Shown here: positions 15,453-29,357 of the stretch, one piece after another
How the letters are laid out: the number at the start of each line of letters is the position of its first letter
Numbering within the stretch: the stretch's first letter is position 1
Source: a virus
Taxonomy: Duplodnaviria; Heunggongvirae; Uroviricota; Caudoviricetes
Strand: one strand, 5' to 3'
Length of the DNA stretch: 31,378 nt
IMG/VR virus record: IMGVR_UViG_2667527976_000002
Position numbers and translations under genes: made by a program
Notes under the pieces: model-generated
Databases searched by the model: none
Told to the model about the DNA's origin: nothing
What the model saw: only the letters and a program-made list of their open reading frames with translations

Positions 15453-18013
15453 CGTCCACCTCCGGAGAACAGACCACCATCACGCATCTGCCCGGTCACA
15501 ACATCCATTGCCGCCTTACGGGCTACGTCATAAACAGCCTTCAGCGCCTGTGGCCCTATCTGACCGTTCGTGCCGTCGTTGTTAATCACCACATGGTTAT
15601 TCTGCTCAAACGTCCCGGACGCCTGCGACCGACTGTCCGCCATGCTGCCCGGTGTACCGACATAACCGCCGGTGGCATAGCCGCGCATAAGCCGGTAAAG
15701 ATTCCCCACGCCAATCCGGCTGGTTGCCTCCTTCGTGAAGACAAATTCACCACGGTGAACAATCCCCGCTGGCTCATATTTGCCGCCGGTTCCCGTAAAT
15801 CCTCCGGTCGCAAAATGGAATTTCGCCGCAGATGCCTGAATGGCTGTACCGCCTGACGCTGATGCACCGCCAATGACACGGCCGACACTCCCGACGATCC
15901 CCACCATTGCCTGCTTAAGCAGAATTTCTGTCATCATGGACAGCACGGAACGGGTGAAGCTGCGCCAGTTCTGTTCACTGCCGGTCAGCATCGCCGCCAT
16001 ATTCTGTGCAATACCATCAAAGGTCTGCGTGGCTGCACTTTTTACCTGCGACATACTGTCCGTGGCGCTCTCTTCCCACTCACTCCAGCCGGACTTCAGG
16101 CCTGCCATCCAGTTCCCGCGAAGCTGGTCTTCAGCCGCCCAGGTCTTTTTCTGCTCTGACATGACGTTATTCAGCGCCAGCGGATTATCGCCATACTGTT
16201 CCTTCAGGCGCTGTTCCGTGGCGTCCCGCGCTGCCTGCCGGTCAGTCAGCCCCCGGTTTTTCGCCTCAATGGCTGCCCGTTTTGCCCGTTGCTGCTGTGC
16301 GAATTTATCCGCCTGCTGCGCCAGCGCGTTCAGGTGCTCCTGATACGTGACCTTATCGCCAAGTGCAGCCAGCTGGCGTTTGTACTCCAGCGTCTCATCT
16401 TTATGCGCCAGCAGGGATTTCTCCTGTGCGGACAGCTGGCGACGTTGCGCCGCCTCCTCCAGTACCGCGAACTGACTTTCCGCCTTCCACAAATCCCGGC
16501 GCTGCTGGCTGATTTTCTCATTCGCTCCGGCATGCTTCTCCAGTGTCCGGAGTTCTGCCTGAAGCGTCAGCAGGGCAGCATGAGCACTGTCTTCCTGACG
16601 ATCGCCCGCAGACACTTTCACGCCGGACTGCTTCGGCTTTTTCAGCGTCGCTTCATAGTCCTTTTTCGCCGCCGCCATCAGCGTGTTGTAATCTGCCTGC
16701 AGGATTTTTCCGTCTTTCAGTGCCTTATTCAGTTCCTCCTGGCGGGCGGTATATTTCTCCAGCGGTGTCTGCAGGCGTTCGTAAGCCTTCTGCGCCTCTT
16801 CGGTATATTTCAGCCGTGATGCCTCAGACTCGGCCCGATCTTTTGCTGCCATCTCACTGGCCTTTTCAAGATCTGCCTGCAACGTGGCGGCTGAAAGCCC
16901 AAGTCGCGCATTCTCTCTCTTCTCCCATGCCCCCCGGAGATTGGCAAGAAATGCTGACGTTTTACCGCGCCGGTGGCTTCGGCTCTGATACCACTGCCAT
17001 TTTTTATCCGCTTCATCAAAAGCCTTTTCAGCTTTGGCGAGCATATCTGCAGAGGAGTCCGGGCGACCAATATCCAGCACCGCATCCCACATGGATTTGA
17101 ATGCCTGTGCAGTCTTGTCTGCCCAGGTCTCCAGCGTACCCATGTTATCTTTCAGTTTACGGGTCTGGTCATCAAACCCTTTCGTTGCGGCCTCGTTCGC
17201 CGCCTGCAATGCCCCGGCCCCATCGCCGGAACGCTGCAACTGAGCAACATACGCAATCTGTTCCGCCGTCACGTTATGGAACTGGCGCGCCATCGCCGTC
17301 AACCCAGACGTCGGGTCAGTGGTCAGCTTCCCGAAGGCTTCAGCGACCTTGTCCACCTCCACGCCGGATGCAGAGGAGAAACGCGCCACACTCTGGCTGA
17401 TTGCCTCAAACTGCTCACCACCACGCACACCGGCATTCACCAGCGCCGTCAGTGACTCGCTGGTCTGGTTAAACGTCAGCCCTGCCGCCTGCCCGGATCT
17501 GGACAGGGCCAGCATACGATCTGCCGTCAGTCCCGCCTGATTACCGGAAAGGACCAGCGTTTTATTGAAATTGGACAGGGTTGAGTCACCCTGATACCAG
17601 GCATACGCCAGCGCACCGGTCGCCACCGCCAGCGAAGTGATACCAACCATCGGCAGGGTGATCGCACCGGCAAGCCCCCTGAACATGGGGATCATCCCGC
17701 CGAAGGAGTCCTTCACCTGACCACCCTGTTGCAGCAGGATGAGCCACGGATTCTGCCCCCCTGCAAGCTGCGTGGCCACGTCGGTGAACTGCGCAGGCAG
17801 CATACGCATGGCAGCTTTATACTGCCCGACGGAAATCCCCGCTTTCTGTGCAGCCAGCGCCTGCCGGTTCATTGACTGTTCAACGACTGCCGCTGTTTTT
17901 TTCGCATCACTTTCCGTACCGGAAAAATGACGCCTGACTCTGGCCATCTGCTCGTCAAATCTGGCCGCATCCAGACTTAAATCAACGACCAGATCGCCTA
18001 CCGGTTCAGCCAT
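15449..18013 (-). CDS. H: Tail tape measure protein H
   Basis: 854 aa, long helical protein with a Gly-rich C-terminus, lambda H-like; start overlaps the T stop. Confidence 0.95.
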   Translation of the reverse strand: MAEPVGDLVVDLSLDAARFDEQMARVRRHFSGTESDAKKTAAVVEQSMNRQALAAQKAGISVGQYKAAMRMLPAQFTDVATQLAGGQNPWLILLQQGGQVKDSFGGMIPMFRGLAGAITLPMVGITSLAVATGALAYAWYQGDSTLSNFNKTLVLSGNQAGLTADRMLALSRSGQAAGLTFNQTSESLTALVNAGVRGGEQFEAISQSVARFSSASGVEVDKVAEAFGKLTTDPTSGLTAMARQFHNVTAEQIAYVAQLQRSGDGAGALQAANEAATKGFDDQTRKLKDNMGTLETWADKTAQAFKSMWDAVLDIGRPDSSADMLAKAEKAFDEADKKWQWYQSRSHRRGKTSAFLANLRGAWEKRENARLGLSAATLQADLEKASEMAAKDRAESEASRLKYTEEAQKAYERLQTPLEKYTARQEELNKALKDGKILQADYNTLMAAAKKDYEATLKKPKQSGVKVSAGDRQEDSAHAALLTLQAELRTLEKHAGANEKISQQRRDLWKAESQFAVLEEAAQRRQLSAQEKSLLAHKDETLEYKRQLAALGDKVTYQEHLNALAQQADKFAQQQRAKRAAIEAKNRGLTDRQAARDATEQRLKEQYGDNPLALNNVMSEQKKTWAAEDQLRGNWMAGLKSGWSEWEESATDSMSQVKSAATQTFDGIAQNMAAMLTGSEQNWRSFTRSVLSMMTEILLKQAMVGIVGSVGRVIGGASASGGTAIQASAAKFHFATGGFTGTGGKYEPAGIVHRGEFVFTKEATSRIGVGNLYRLMRGYATGGYVGTPGSMADSRSQASGTFEQNNHVVINNDGTNGQIGPQALKAVYDVARKAAMDVVTGQMRDGGLFSGGGR

Positions 18014-18440
18014 ACCGGACTCCTCCTGCGATCCCTTCTGATACTGTCATCAGCATTACGTCATCCTCCATCATGTCCGCCACATACGGGGAAGCGGGGA
18101 TAACTTCATTCCCGTCCGGGCCAAAACGAACGCCTCCGGCAAGCCCTGCCGCTTTCTGCATCAGCACATCATCTTCAGGCTCTTCGTCAGCCTCGCGCCG
18201 GTTAAGCAGACTGAAATCCAGCGGATGCATATCCGGATCGCTGAAAAACAGGCTGAGCACGGTGTACGTCAGCCCGGAAAAGTGCATATCCAGCAGAACA
18301 TCATGAAAATAATGGGTACTGTAAAAGCGGTGCCAGTCGGCATACTCCGTGGATGACATCCCGGCAAGCATGGCGCGCCAGTCGGGTCGCCCCATCTCAC
18401 GCGCCAGTTTCAGGGCAAAACTCAGCTCACCGACGAACAC
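18006..18440 (-). CDS. T: T segment of tail assembly chaperone gpG-T (made by -1 frameshift from G; no independent start)
   Basis: 144-aa frame that the track starts at a GTG; it is in the -1 frame relative to G and begins at the slippery heptamer. Confidence 0.85.
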   Translation of the reverse strand: MFVGELSFALKLAREMGRPDWRAMLAGMSSTEYADWHRFYSTHYFHDVLLDMHFSGLTYTVLSLFFSDPDMHPLDFSLLNRREADEEPEDDVLMQKAAGLAGGVRFGPDGNEVIPASPYVADMMEDDVMLMTVSEGIAGGVRYG

Positions 18441-18844
18441 TTTCCCGCAGAAACAGGCTCTGCAGGCCCGGCGTCATCTGCCTGTTCAGGGGAATTATTC
18501 ACCACAAACTCAGACATTCCGGACAGACGTAACACCACGTTTTCAGCCTGAGCAATTGCCTCCGTGGGCCAGGTGGTAAGCACTTCCTGCTCAATCTGCG
18601 TAATGGCTTCATTCATGGACGGCAGCTTTGTCTTCTGCGGATGGTTATGCCACAGAGACATCGCCACCAGAAACGCCCCGCCTCTGATAAGATCCTCTAC
18701 AGACACCTGCAGGTTGCCGCTGGATTCAGCCTTTTTTTCCTGCTCTTTCAACCAGGCAAGATGCTCAATACGCTGCAGGGCTGACAGTTCAGAAAGCGTG
18801 ACGGTCACGCCGTTATGTTCAAATGATTCTGTTTTCAGGAACAT
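18422..18844 (-). CDS. G: Tail assembly chaperone G
   Basis: 140 aa, same length as lambda G; ends ...AGKCSSVS. Confidence 0.9.
   Translation of the reverse strand: MFLKTESFEHNGVTVTLSELSALQRIEHLAWLKEQEKKAESSGNLQVSVEDLIRGGAFLVAMSLWHNHPQKTKLPSMNEAITQIEQEVLTTWPTEAIAQAENVVLRLSGMSEFVVNNSPEQADDAGPAEPVSAGKCSSVS
18440..18446 (-). promoter_or_regulatory. Programmed -1 ribosomal frameshift site G GGA AAG (G to G-T)
   Basis: On the minus strand the sequence cug cGG GAA AGu guu places GGGAAAG at the 3' end of G, 5 codons before its stop, as in lambda. Confidence 0.8.
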
Positions 18845-18859
18845 CGCTGACTCTCCGGA

Positions 18860-19600
18860 TTAACTGGCGGTGACGGTGATTTCTGCAACCGCAGCAAACT
18901 CACCATTACCGGATACAACCGGAATGTTGACCTTGCCTGCAGCAACGCCGTTCACGGTGATGGTCATACCACTGACCGACACGGTGGCTTTTGTTTTATC
19001 CGCTGACACCGCACGGAAGCTCTTGTCGGTTGCGCCTTCCGGCTGGAATGCCACGGTCAGCGTCGTGCTCTGCCCTTTCACTACGGAAGCACTGGCTGGC
19101 GTTACCGTCATGCCGGTGGCCGCTGTTACCGTGCTGCGATCTTCTGCCATCGACGGGCGTCCCACATTGGTGACCTTCACCGTGCGGGTGATCACTTCCT
19201 TCGCCGTCACCGCTTTACCGATACTGCTGACCCAGCCACGGAACACATCGACCGTGCCGTTCGGGAAGCGGATTTTATAGGCACGGGTATCACCTTCATT
19301 AAACCACGCCAGCAGCGCCTGCTGCCCCTGCTCTCCGGGCATCCACGCCAGCGTGAAGCTGGTATCTCCGGCTGATTTCTGCCCCTGCCCGGTCGCAGTC
19401 CAGTCCGCATCCTCATCATCGAGATAACTGTCGTCATAGGACTCAGCGGTCAGTTCGCCGGGCGTCAGGTCTTTAACTTTTGCCAGACGCGACCAGTCAA
19501 CGTCTGAAAGCGGGTTCGCATAAGGGTCACCGTTCCCCTTATAAACCCATAGTGTGGTCCCGGCCCCTTTCACCGGCATTGTAGGATTTGGTACAGGCAT
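18860..19600 (-). CDS. V: Major tail tube protein V (with C-terminal Ig-like domain)
   Basis: Lambda-like start [22 protein letters not shown] at ATG 19598-19600, preceded by GAGG; the track ORF has a 10-codon upstream extension that was rejected. Confidence 0.9.
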   Translation of the reverse strand: MPVPNPTMPVKGAGTTLWVYKGNGDPYANPLSDVDWSRLAKVKDLTPGELTAESYDDSYLDDEDADWTATGQGQKSAGDTSFTLAWMPGEQGQQALLAWFNEGDTRAYKIRFPNGTVDVFRGWVSSIGKAVTAKEVITRTVKVTNVGRPSMAEDRSTVTAATGMTVTPASASVVKGQSTTLTVAFQPEGATDKSFRAVSADKTKATVSVSGMTITVNGVAAGKVNIPVVSGNGEFAAVAEITVTAS

Positions 19601-19607
19601 ATCGTCC

Positions 19608-20003
19608 TCACATTTCATAGGTAATGACATACGTCAGATCGGCTGAACTCCACAGGCCCGCATCATCGTCGCGTCGGTAGTCATAGCCACTGGCCACCAT
19701 ACTGGTGATCAAATCTGACAGTGCCGGAATATCGCTCATCACCGGATAAATCCGGGACTCCATCCACGAATCCAGCTCTGAATCCGGCACCTGAGCAGGC
19801 AGGAAAACTTCAATATGCAGCTCCGCCTGCCAGGTATCGCTGTCCAGCTCTTCGCCCGTGTATTCAGCGCCGGTGAGATAAACGGCAATTGCCGGAAAAT
19901 CCGCCTCATCAAAAACAGCGGGGCGACCATCAAAAAGCGTCGCCCCGGTGTCATGCTTCTCCAGTGCATCCAGTACGGCTGCACGGAGTTCAGTATGTTT
20001 CAT
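19608..20003 (-). CDS. U: Tail terminator protein U
   Basis: 131 aa; 7-nt gap to V as in lambda. Confidence 0.9.
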   Translation of the reverse strand: MKHTELRAAVLDALEKHDTGATLFDGRPAVFDEADFPAIAVYLTGAEYTGEELDSDTWQAELHIEVFLPAQVPDSELDSWMESRIYPVMSDIPALSDLITSMVASGYDYRRDDDAGLWSSADLTYVITYEM

Positions 20004-20578
20004 CGCTTTATTACCATTCTCAGTTGATGCTGCAGCGCATAGCCCAGCTCTTTCGGAAGACGCTCACGCCGTATCCGTTCAATATTCTGTTTAAACGCCG
20101 TGGTCAGTGGCACCGCCATCGGGATTTTCACCACATCAATGGGGTAACGGTTTTTCCCGGCCACACGCTGCATAACATGCCAGCGGCCATTTTTCAGTTG
20201 CTGAATAAACGCGCCGGGAATACGACGGTTTCCCACCACAAGCACGCTGCCGCCACCTTTCAGGGCTGAACGCTGCCCCTTTTTACGACGCCTGCGTCGG
20301 GACAGGACAATCCGCGCGTTACCCAGCTTTATTACGGGCAAATCCCCCCGGTTAACCTTGATTCTGGCCTGCGGATTTTTAACCGTGGCCCTTTTCAGCC
20401 TGGCCCTTTCCTTTACCAGTTTCCGGCGTACCTTTGTCTCACGGGCAACCTGTGACGCCGACTGCGATATCGCGGATGAAGCAACGCGGTTAATGGCCAT
20501 TGCGGCGGCACCAGGCACCGCCGTTTTGCTGATACGGCTGAGGTTTTCAACGGCCTGCTCAAGACCTTTTATGGCCAT
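20000..20578 (-). CDS. Z: Tail completion protein Z
   Basis: 192 aa; overlaps U start by 4 nt. Confidence 0.9.
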   Translation of the reverse strand: MAIKGLEQAVENLSRISKTAVPGAAAMAINRVASSAISQSASQVARETKVRRKLVKERARLKRATVKNPQARIKVNRGDLPVIKLGNARIVLSRRRRRKKGQRSALKGGGSVLVVGNRRIPGAFIQQLKNGRWHVMQRVAGKNRYPIDVVKIPMAVPLTTAFKQNIERIRRERLPKELGYALQHQLRMVIKR

Positions 20579-20589
20579 ACATCCCCCTT

Positions 20590-20943
20590 TCAGCGGCGAC
20601 GGTTAACGGCAGGCGGTACGCCCCGTCCAAGCCAGAGATGACAGCTTCCGCCATCATCCGGCGAAACACGATCTATCCAGAAGTTTTCCTCACCGATGGT
20701 CAGCGTGTCTCCACGCCGCAGTTGCCGCACATCATCAGTCCGGACAAACAGGGACGGGCTGGAGCCTTCAACGCGCACGCCCTGTCCGGCATAGCTGATA
20801 TTTTCAGGGTCATCAAAAACACCACGTATTACTGCGCCGGACTGCTCACCGGATGTCATGGTGGCTGACGTTCCCATGTACCCGCGTATCGTTTCATCGG
20901 TGCGGGCAATGGCAGCATCGAACAGGTTATCGAAATCAGCCAC
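20590..20943 (-). CDS. FII: Head-tail joining protein FII
   Basis: 117 aa, same size and position as lambda FII. Confidence 0.9.
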   Translation of the reverse strand: MADFDNLFDAAIARTDETIRGYMGTSATMTSGEQSGAVIRGVFDDPENISYAGQGVRVEGSSPSLFVRTDDVRQLRRGDTLTIGEENFWIDRVSPDDGGSCHLWLGRGVPPAVNRRR

Positions 20944-20954
20944 AGCGCCTCCCG

Positions 20955-21353
20955 TTATTGCATTCTGGCCAGGCCGCGCTCTGTCATTTCAGCTGCCACA
21001 CCGGCAGAGACACGGAACGCCGTTCCCGGCAGCACAAATGCCACAGGTTCATCCCGCGTGGCGTGAAGTGCATCAGTATGCAGCGTCACCAGTGCCACGA
21101 CCGTGACCAGTTCAGCCGTATCCTGAATCACGGTATCCGGCTGCGCTGATACCACCTCATGTTCATGCCCGGTCAGCACATTTTCCGGGCTGAGAGGGGT
21201 ATCCTGACCGGCAGTGTCGCCCGTGTCATCAAGCTCCTCTTCCAGCTCTGCCACACGGAGCGCCAGTTCTTCTTTCGTCCCCGTCAGACTGACATCACGG
21301 TTCAGTTGTTCACCCAGCGAGCGGAGACGGGCAATCAGTTCATCTTTCGTCAT
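20955..21353 (-). CDS. FI: DNA-packaging accessory protein FI
   Basis: Lambda-like start MTKDELIARLRSLGEQLNRDV at ATG 21351-21353 (132 aa); the track ORF has a 13-codon upstream extension. Confidence 0.85.
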   Translation of the reverse strand: MTKDELIARLRSLGEQLNRDVSLTGTKEELALRVAELEEELDDTGDTAGQDTPLSPENVLTGHEHEVVSAQPDTVIQDTAELVTVVALVTLHTDALHATRDEPVAFVLPGTAFRVSAGVAAEMTERGLARMQ

Positions 21354-21394
21354 GGACTCCTCCACAGAGAGAAAATGGCCCCGAAGGGCCACGA

Positions 21395-22420
21395 TTACGC
21401 CAGTTGTACGGACACGAACTCATCAGGGTCAGCCAGCAGCATCAGCGGTGCTGACTGAATCATGGTGAACTCACGCGCCGGATCGCCGGTGGTCACCCAG
21501 TTTTTCGGGTAACGGGCAGAGGCGTTAATGCCTTCGCGCTGTGCGTCCGCATCCTGAATACAGCCATAGGTACGCAGACCGCGTGCCTGAGTGTTCCCCA
21601 GCACCATCGTGTTGTCCGGCAGGAAGTTCTTTTTGACGCCGTTTTCCACGTACTGTCCGGAATACACGACGATGGCAACATCGCCATACATCCCCTTATA
21701 GGACACCGCTTTACCCAGGTCTTTCACCGCTGTCTCCAGCTCGGAATTAGAGCCACGACGGGTATCCAGCTTCTCCTTGACGGCTTTGAAGGAACGGAAC
21801 AGCGCCCAGCCTTTCGGATCAAACACGATGATATTCACCACACCGCTGGCGTTCAGCGCGTAGGCTTCGATATCGTCGGTCGGGTCATACGTGGACTTGT
21901 CACGCTTGCTCCACTCCGTGCCGCCGGACTGCGTGATGTTATTCGCCGCACTGCGGCCCATATCCACCTCAACCGGATCGAAGGCTTCACCGGTCATGGT
22001 GTATTTGCCCTTAAGCACGGCAGAAACGGCCTGCATCTCTTCGACCTGAGCAATGGCCAGCTCTTCGTCACGCATGTTCTGCATGATGATGCGACGGCGG
22101 CGGTAAGCCGGGTCCGCCAGATTCTGCGGATCTTCATCCGGCAGGCGACGCAGGGTCATCTGCGGATTCACCTCATGCTTCGGCTTGACATATCCCGGCG
22201 TAAATTCAGAGGTGGATCCGCCACGGGAACGGATAACCTCACCGGAAACAATCGGCGAAACGTACAGCGCCATGTTTACCAGTCCCGGAATTTGTGAGAG
22301 ATAGACTTTCTCCGTGGTGAAGGGATAGCTCTCACGGAAAAAGAGACGCAGAAACAGCGGATCAAACTTAAATTTCTGCTCATTTGCCGCCAGCAGCTGG
22401 GCGGTTGTGTACATCGACAT
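21395..22420 (-). CDS. E: Major capsid protein E
   Basis: 341 aa, MSMYTTAQLLAANEQKFKFDPLFLRLFFRESYPF..., lambda gpE-like. Confidence 0.95.
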   Translation of the reverse strand: MSMYTTAQLLAANEQKFKFDPLFLRLFFRESYPFTTEKVYLSQIPGLVNMALYVSPIVSGEVIRSRGGSTSEFTPGYVKPKHEVNPQMTLRRLPDEDPQNLADPAYRRRRIIMQNMRDEELAIAQVEEMQAVSAVLKGKYTMTGEAFDPVEVDMGRSAANNITQSGGTEWSKRDKSTYDPTDDIEAYALNASGVVNIIVFDPKGWALFRSFKAVKEKLDTRRGSNSELETAVKDLGKAVSYKGMYGDVAIVVYSGQYVENGVKKNFLPDNTMVLGNTQARGLRTYGCIQDADAQREGINASARYPKNWVTTGDPAREFTMIQSAPLMLLADPDEFVSVQLA

Positions 22421-22476
22421 AAAAAAAATCCCGTAAAAAAAGCCGCACAGGCGGCCTTTAGTGATGAAGGGTAAAG

Positions 22477-22809
22477 TTAAACGATGCTGATTGCCGTTCC
22501 GGCAAACGCGGTCCGTTTTTTCGTCTCGTCGCTGGCAGCCTCCGGCCAGAGCACATCCTCATAACGGAACGTGCCGGACTTGTAGAACGTCAGTGTGGTG
22601 CTGGTCTGGTCAGCAGCAACTGCAAGAATGCCAACGGCAGCACCGTCGGTGGTGCCATCCCACGCAACCAGCTTACGGGTGGAGGTGTCCAGCATCAGCG
22701 GGGTCATTGCAGGCGCTTTCGCACTCAATCCGCCGGGCGCGGTTGCGGTATGAGCCGGGTCACTGTTGCCCAGCGGCTGGTAATGGGTAAAGGTTTCTTT
22801 GCTCGTCAT
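22477..22809 (-). CDS. D: Head decoration protein D
   Basis: 110 aa from ATG 22807-22809 ([27 protein letters not shown]...), lambda gpD-like. Confidence 0.9.
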   Translation of the reverse strand: MTSKETFTHYQPLGNSDPAHTATAPGGLSAKAPAMTPLMLDTSTRKLVAWDGTTDGAAVGILAVAADQTSTTLTFYKSGTFRYEDVLWPEAASDETKKRTAFAGTAISIV

Positions 22810-22818
22810 AAACATCCC

Positions 22819-23424
22819 TTACACTGGTGTGTTCAGCAAATCGTTAACGGCATCAGATGCCGGGTTACCTGCAGCCAGCGGTGCCGGTGCCCCCTGCATC
22901 AGACGATCCAGCGCAGTGTCACTGCGCGCCTGTGCACTCTGTGGTGCTGCGGCCAGAATACGGCGGGCCGTTTCCACGGTCATACCGGGGGTTTCGGCCA
23001 GCACGCATGCCTGTTCTTCGCGTCCGTGAGCCTCCTCACAGTTGAGGATCCCCATAATGCGACTGTTTTCTGCCGCAACCGCTGCGGTGATCTGCGCGTT
23101 CACGTCCGGCTGCGCAGCGCTGGCGTTCTCGCCCTCCGTCGCTTGCACCACGCCAGTAACGTCAGCCTGCGAAGCAGTGGCTGAAACAGTTGTTGATTGA
23201 GTCTCTTTGGTCATTCGCCCTCCTGAGAGACGGGATTTACGTGCATCCAGTGCATCACGCATGACGGTGATCGCATCGGTGCTGTTAACAAGTTCATCAG
23301 CCAGTCCGGCATCAATGGCCTCCTGACCGCTGTACACTGCAGCCTCGGTATCCAGCACAGCCTGCACAGACAGGCCGGTATATGCCGACACCTTCTGCGC
23401 AAACATCTGGCGGGTTGCATCCAT
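22819..23424 (-). CDS. Nu3: Scaffolding protein Nu3 (in-frame internal start within C)
   Basis: In-frame ATG at 23422-23424 gives MDATRQMFAQKV... and a 201-aa C-terminal product, the same nested arrangement as lambda Nu3. Confidence 0.55.
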   Translation of the reverse strand: MDATRQMFAQKVSAYTGLSVQAVLDTEAAVYSGQEAIDAGLADELVNSTDAITVMRDALDARKSRLSGGRMTKETQSTTVSATASQADVTGVVQATEGENASAAQPDVNAQITAAVAAENSRIMGILNCEEAHGREEQACVLAETPGMTVETARRILAAAPQSAQARSDTALDRLMQGAPAPLAAGNPASDAVNDLLNTPV

Positions 23425-24118
23425 CCGGGACTGCAGTGTCTCCCGGACGTCATCCAGAAGATGGCTGTAGGGGTTGCCATCCACCTTATGGCTGCCGCTG
23501 TAAATCAGCGTGATTTCCACACCCTGTTTCTCCAGCGCAGCACCGTAATTACTGTGAGCCATCATGACGCCGATGGAGCCTGTCCGGGCGGTCTGCGTGA
23601 CCAGACGCCGGGAGGCAGCACTGGCAAGCAGCTGACCTGCACTGCAGTTCATGTCGTTGGCCAGCGCCCATACCGGTTTTATGTCACGCACACGGGCGAT
23701 GATGTCAGCGCAGTCAAATGCTCCCGCCACCATTCCGCCTGGCGTGTCCATATCGAGCAGAATGCCGTCCACCATCGGATCGCTGGCAGCCTGTTGCAGA
23801 CGGGCGATAATGCCGTTGTAACCGGTCATCCCCGAATACGGCTGCAGCGCCCGCGTCCGGCTGACCAGCGTGCCGGACACCGGCAGCACGGCGATGCCGT
23901 TCATGACCTGATAACTGCGGGCCTGTCGTGGTCCGTCATCATCACCGGATAACGCCAGCGTCGCGGGTGCCTCTCCGGCAGTCAGACTGTCGCCGGATAC
24001 CGCATCCGTCAGGCGGCTGATCCCAAGCTGGCCTGCAAGCGCACAAAAGAAAACCCGCGCATAGGCGGGTTCAAGCATCAGCGGCTCATTAAAGGCCATA
24101 CTGGCAATATGCGGGAGA

Positions 24119-24138
<20 letters not shown>
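22819..24138 (-). CDS. C: Head maturation protease / scaffold protein C
   Basis: 439 aa from GTG at 24136-24138, preceded by AGGAGGAG; begins (V/M)TAELRNLPHIASMAFNEPL; overlaps the B 3' end by 20 nt as in lambda. Confidence 0.85.
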
Positions 24139-27819
<3,681 letters not shown>

Positions 27820-27845
<26 letters not shown>

Positions 27846-28365
27846 TCAGCAACCCCGGTATCAGTTCATCCAGCGCGGCTGCTTTGTTCATGGCTTTGAT
27901 GATATCCCGTTTCAGGAAATCAACATGTCGGTTTTCCAGTTCCGGAAAACGCCGCTGCACCGACAGGGGGATCCCGTCGAGAATACTGGCAATTTCACCT
28001 GCGATACGCGACAGCACGAAAGTACAGAATGCGGTTTCCACCACTTCAGCGGAGTCTCTGGCATTTTTCAGCTCCTGTGCATCGGCCTGCGCACGCGTAA
28101 GTCGATGGCGTTCGTACTCAATAGTCCCTGGCTGGAGATCTGTCTCGCTGGCCTGCAGCAGTTCTTCAACCTCCCGGCGCAGCTTTTCGTTCTCAATTTC
28201 AGCATCCCTTTCGGCATACCATTTTATGACGGCGGCAGAGTCATAAAGCACCTCATTACCCTTGCCACCGCCTCGCAGAACGGGCATTCCCTGTTCCTGC
28301 CAGTTCTGAATGGTACGGATACTCGCACCGAAAATGTCAGCCAGCTGCTTTTTGTTGACTTCCAT
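27820..28365 (-). CDS. Nu1: Terminase small subunit Nu1
   Basis: 181 aa, MEVNKKQLADIFGASIRTIQNWQEQGMPV... (winged-HTH DNA-binding N-terminus); starts 189 nt from cosN as in lambda. Confidence 0.95.
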
Positions 28366-28390
28366 TGCTCATTCCACGGACAAAAACAGA

Positions 28391-28504
28391 GAAAGGAAAC
28401 GACAGAGGCCAAAAAGCTCGCTTTCAGGACCTGTCGTTTCCTTTCTTTTCAGGGGGTGTTTTAAATAAAAACATTAGGTTACGGCGAAGAAGAACGGAAA
28501 CACC
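28391..28504 (-). promoter_or_regulatory. cosB-like terminase-binding repeats
   Basis: The 15-mer gaaaggaaacgacag occurs at 28391-28405 and inverted at 28431-28445, with a related gaacggaaacacc at 28492-28504, all between Nu1 and cosN, where lambda has its R elements. Confidence 0.5.
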
Positions 28505-28542
28505 TTAAACCGGAAAATTTTCATAAATAGCGAAAACCCGCG

Positions 28543-28554
28543 AGGTCGCCGCCC
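28543..28554 (-). other. cosN: 12-nt cohesive-end sequence GGGCGGCGACCT (minus strand)
   Basis: Exact lambda cohesive-end 12-mer; flanking sequence matches both lambda ends (...CGACAGGTTACG on one side, CGCGGGTTTTCGCTATTTATGAAAATTTTCCGG on the other). Confidence 0.85.
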
Positions 28555-29032
28555 CGTAACCTGTCGGATCGCCGGAAAGGACCCGTTGGCCGTTCTGGTC
28601 TACTTCGTAATGGGATTTAATAGCTGAACGACAAAAGTCTTGCGACCACAGTCACACAGACCTGAATACACGTCCTGTTTCTTCCACCCCCGCACAGGAC
28701 TGGCGAGCATGAGGGCCCCCCCCCCGCGAACCATAAACGCGGTAAAAACCCGGTGTGCATCGTTTTTGATTATTCCCGCACACTCACGCAGAAGGAATTC
28801 CCCGTCGGGCTACGGTCATGGTTAATGCGGGAATACGGCGACGATACAGCGCAGCTAAAAGGGTAATGGACAGATAGAGCGGTTTATTTCATTCCACAGG
28901 ATTCTGAGTGCCTCCCTCCTCCAATAGGCTGAGCATCCACCTATATAGTTTTAATTTTCATCAATCCATTTAACTATCGTTTAATTGTTGTCACATAGGA
29001 TTCTGCCGTTTTTAACAATGCAGGATAATAAG

Positions 29033-29326
29033 ATGAAAAAAATGTTGTTTTCTGCCGCTCTGGCAATGCTTATTACAGGATGTGCTCAACAGACGTTTAC
29101 TGTTGGAAACAAACCGACAGCAGTAACACCAAAGGAAACCATCACCCATCATTTCTTCGTTTCGGGAATTGGACAGGAGAAAACTGTTGATGCAGCCAAA
29201 ATTTGTGGCGGCGCAGAAAATGTTGTTAAAACAGAAACCCAGCAAACATTCGTAAATGGATTGCTCGGTTTTATTACTTTAGGCATTTATACTCCGCTGG
29301 AAGCGCGTGTCTATTGCTCACAATAA
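29033..29326 (+). CDS. bor: Bor lipoprotein (Bor/Iss family, serum-resistance associated)
   Basis: 97 aa from the ATG at 29033, MKKMLFSAALAMLITGCAQQTFTV... with lipobox ITGC; the track ORF has a 16-codon upstream extension; opposite strand to the late genes as in lambda. Confidence 0.85.
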   Translation: MKKMLFSAALAMLITGCAQQTFTVGNKPTAVTPKETITHHFFVSGIGQEKTVDAAKICGGAENVVKTETQQTFVNGLLGFITLGIYTPLEARVYCSQ

Positions 29327-29336
29327 TTGCATGAGT

Positions 29337-29354
29337 TGCCCATCGATATGGGCA
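29337..29354. terminator. Palindrome between convergent bor and Rz (possible bidirectional terminator)
   Basis: tgcccat-cgat-atgggca hairpin between the two stop codons; no strong U-tract on either side. Confidence 0.3.
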
Positions 29355-29357
29355 GCT

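Noticed and set aside
16289-17455. Several plus-strand ORFs (160-185 aa) inside H
   Set aside because: Antisense to the tape measure gene, with no independent support.
18006-18440. T as an independently initiated gene from the GTG at 18438-18440
   Set aside because: That GTG sits inside the GGGAAAG slippery heptamer at the end of G; by established lambda biology T is expressed only as the G-T frameshift fusion.
19601-19630. N-terminal extensions given by the ORF track for V, and likewise for FI (21354-21392), D (22810-22815), C (24139-24273), Rz (29820-29948) and bor (28985-29032)
   Set aside because: Lambda-like internal starts with better Shine-Dalgarno context and lambda-like gene spacing or overlap reproduce the known protein lengths; the extensions would overlap upstream genes.
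28640-28825. 61-aa plus-strand ORF between cos and bor
   Set aside because: No ribosome-binding site, Pro/Arg-rich low-complexity translation, and it spans the C10 tract; most likely non-coding.
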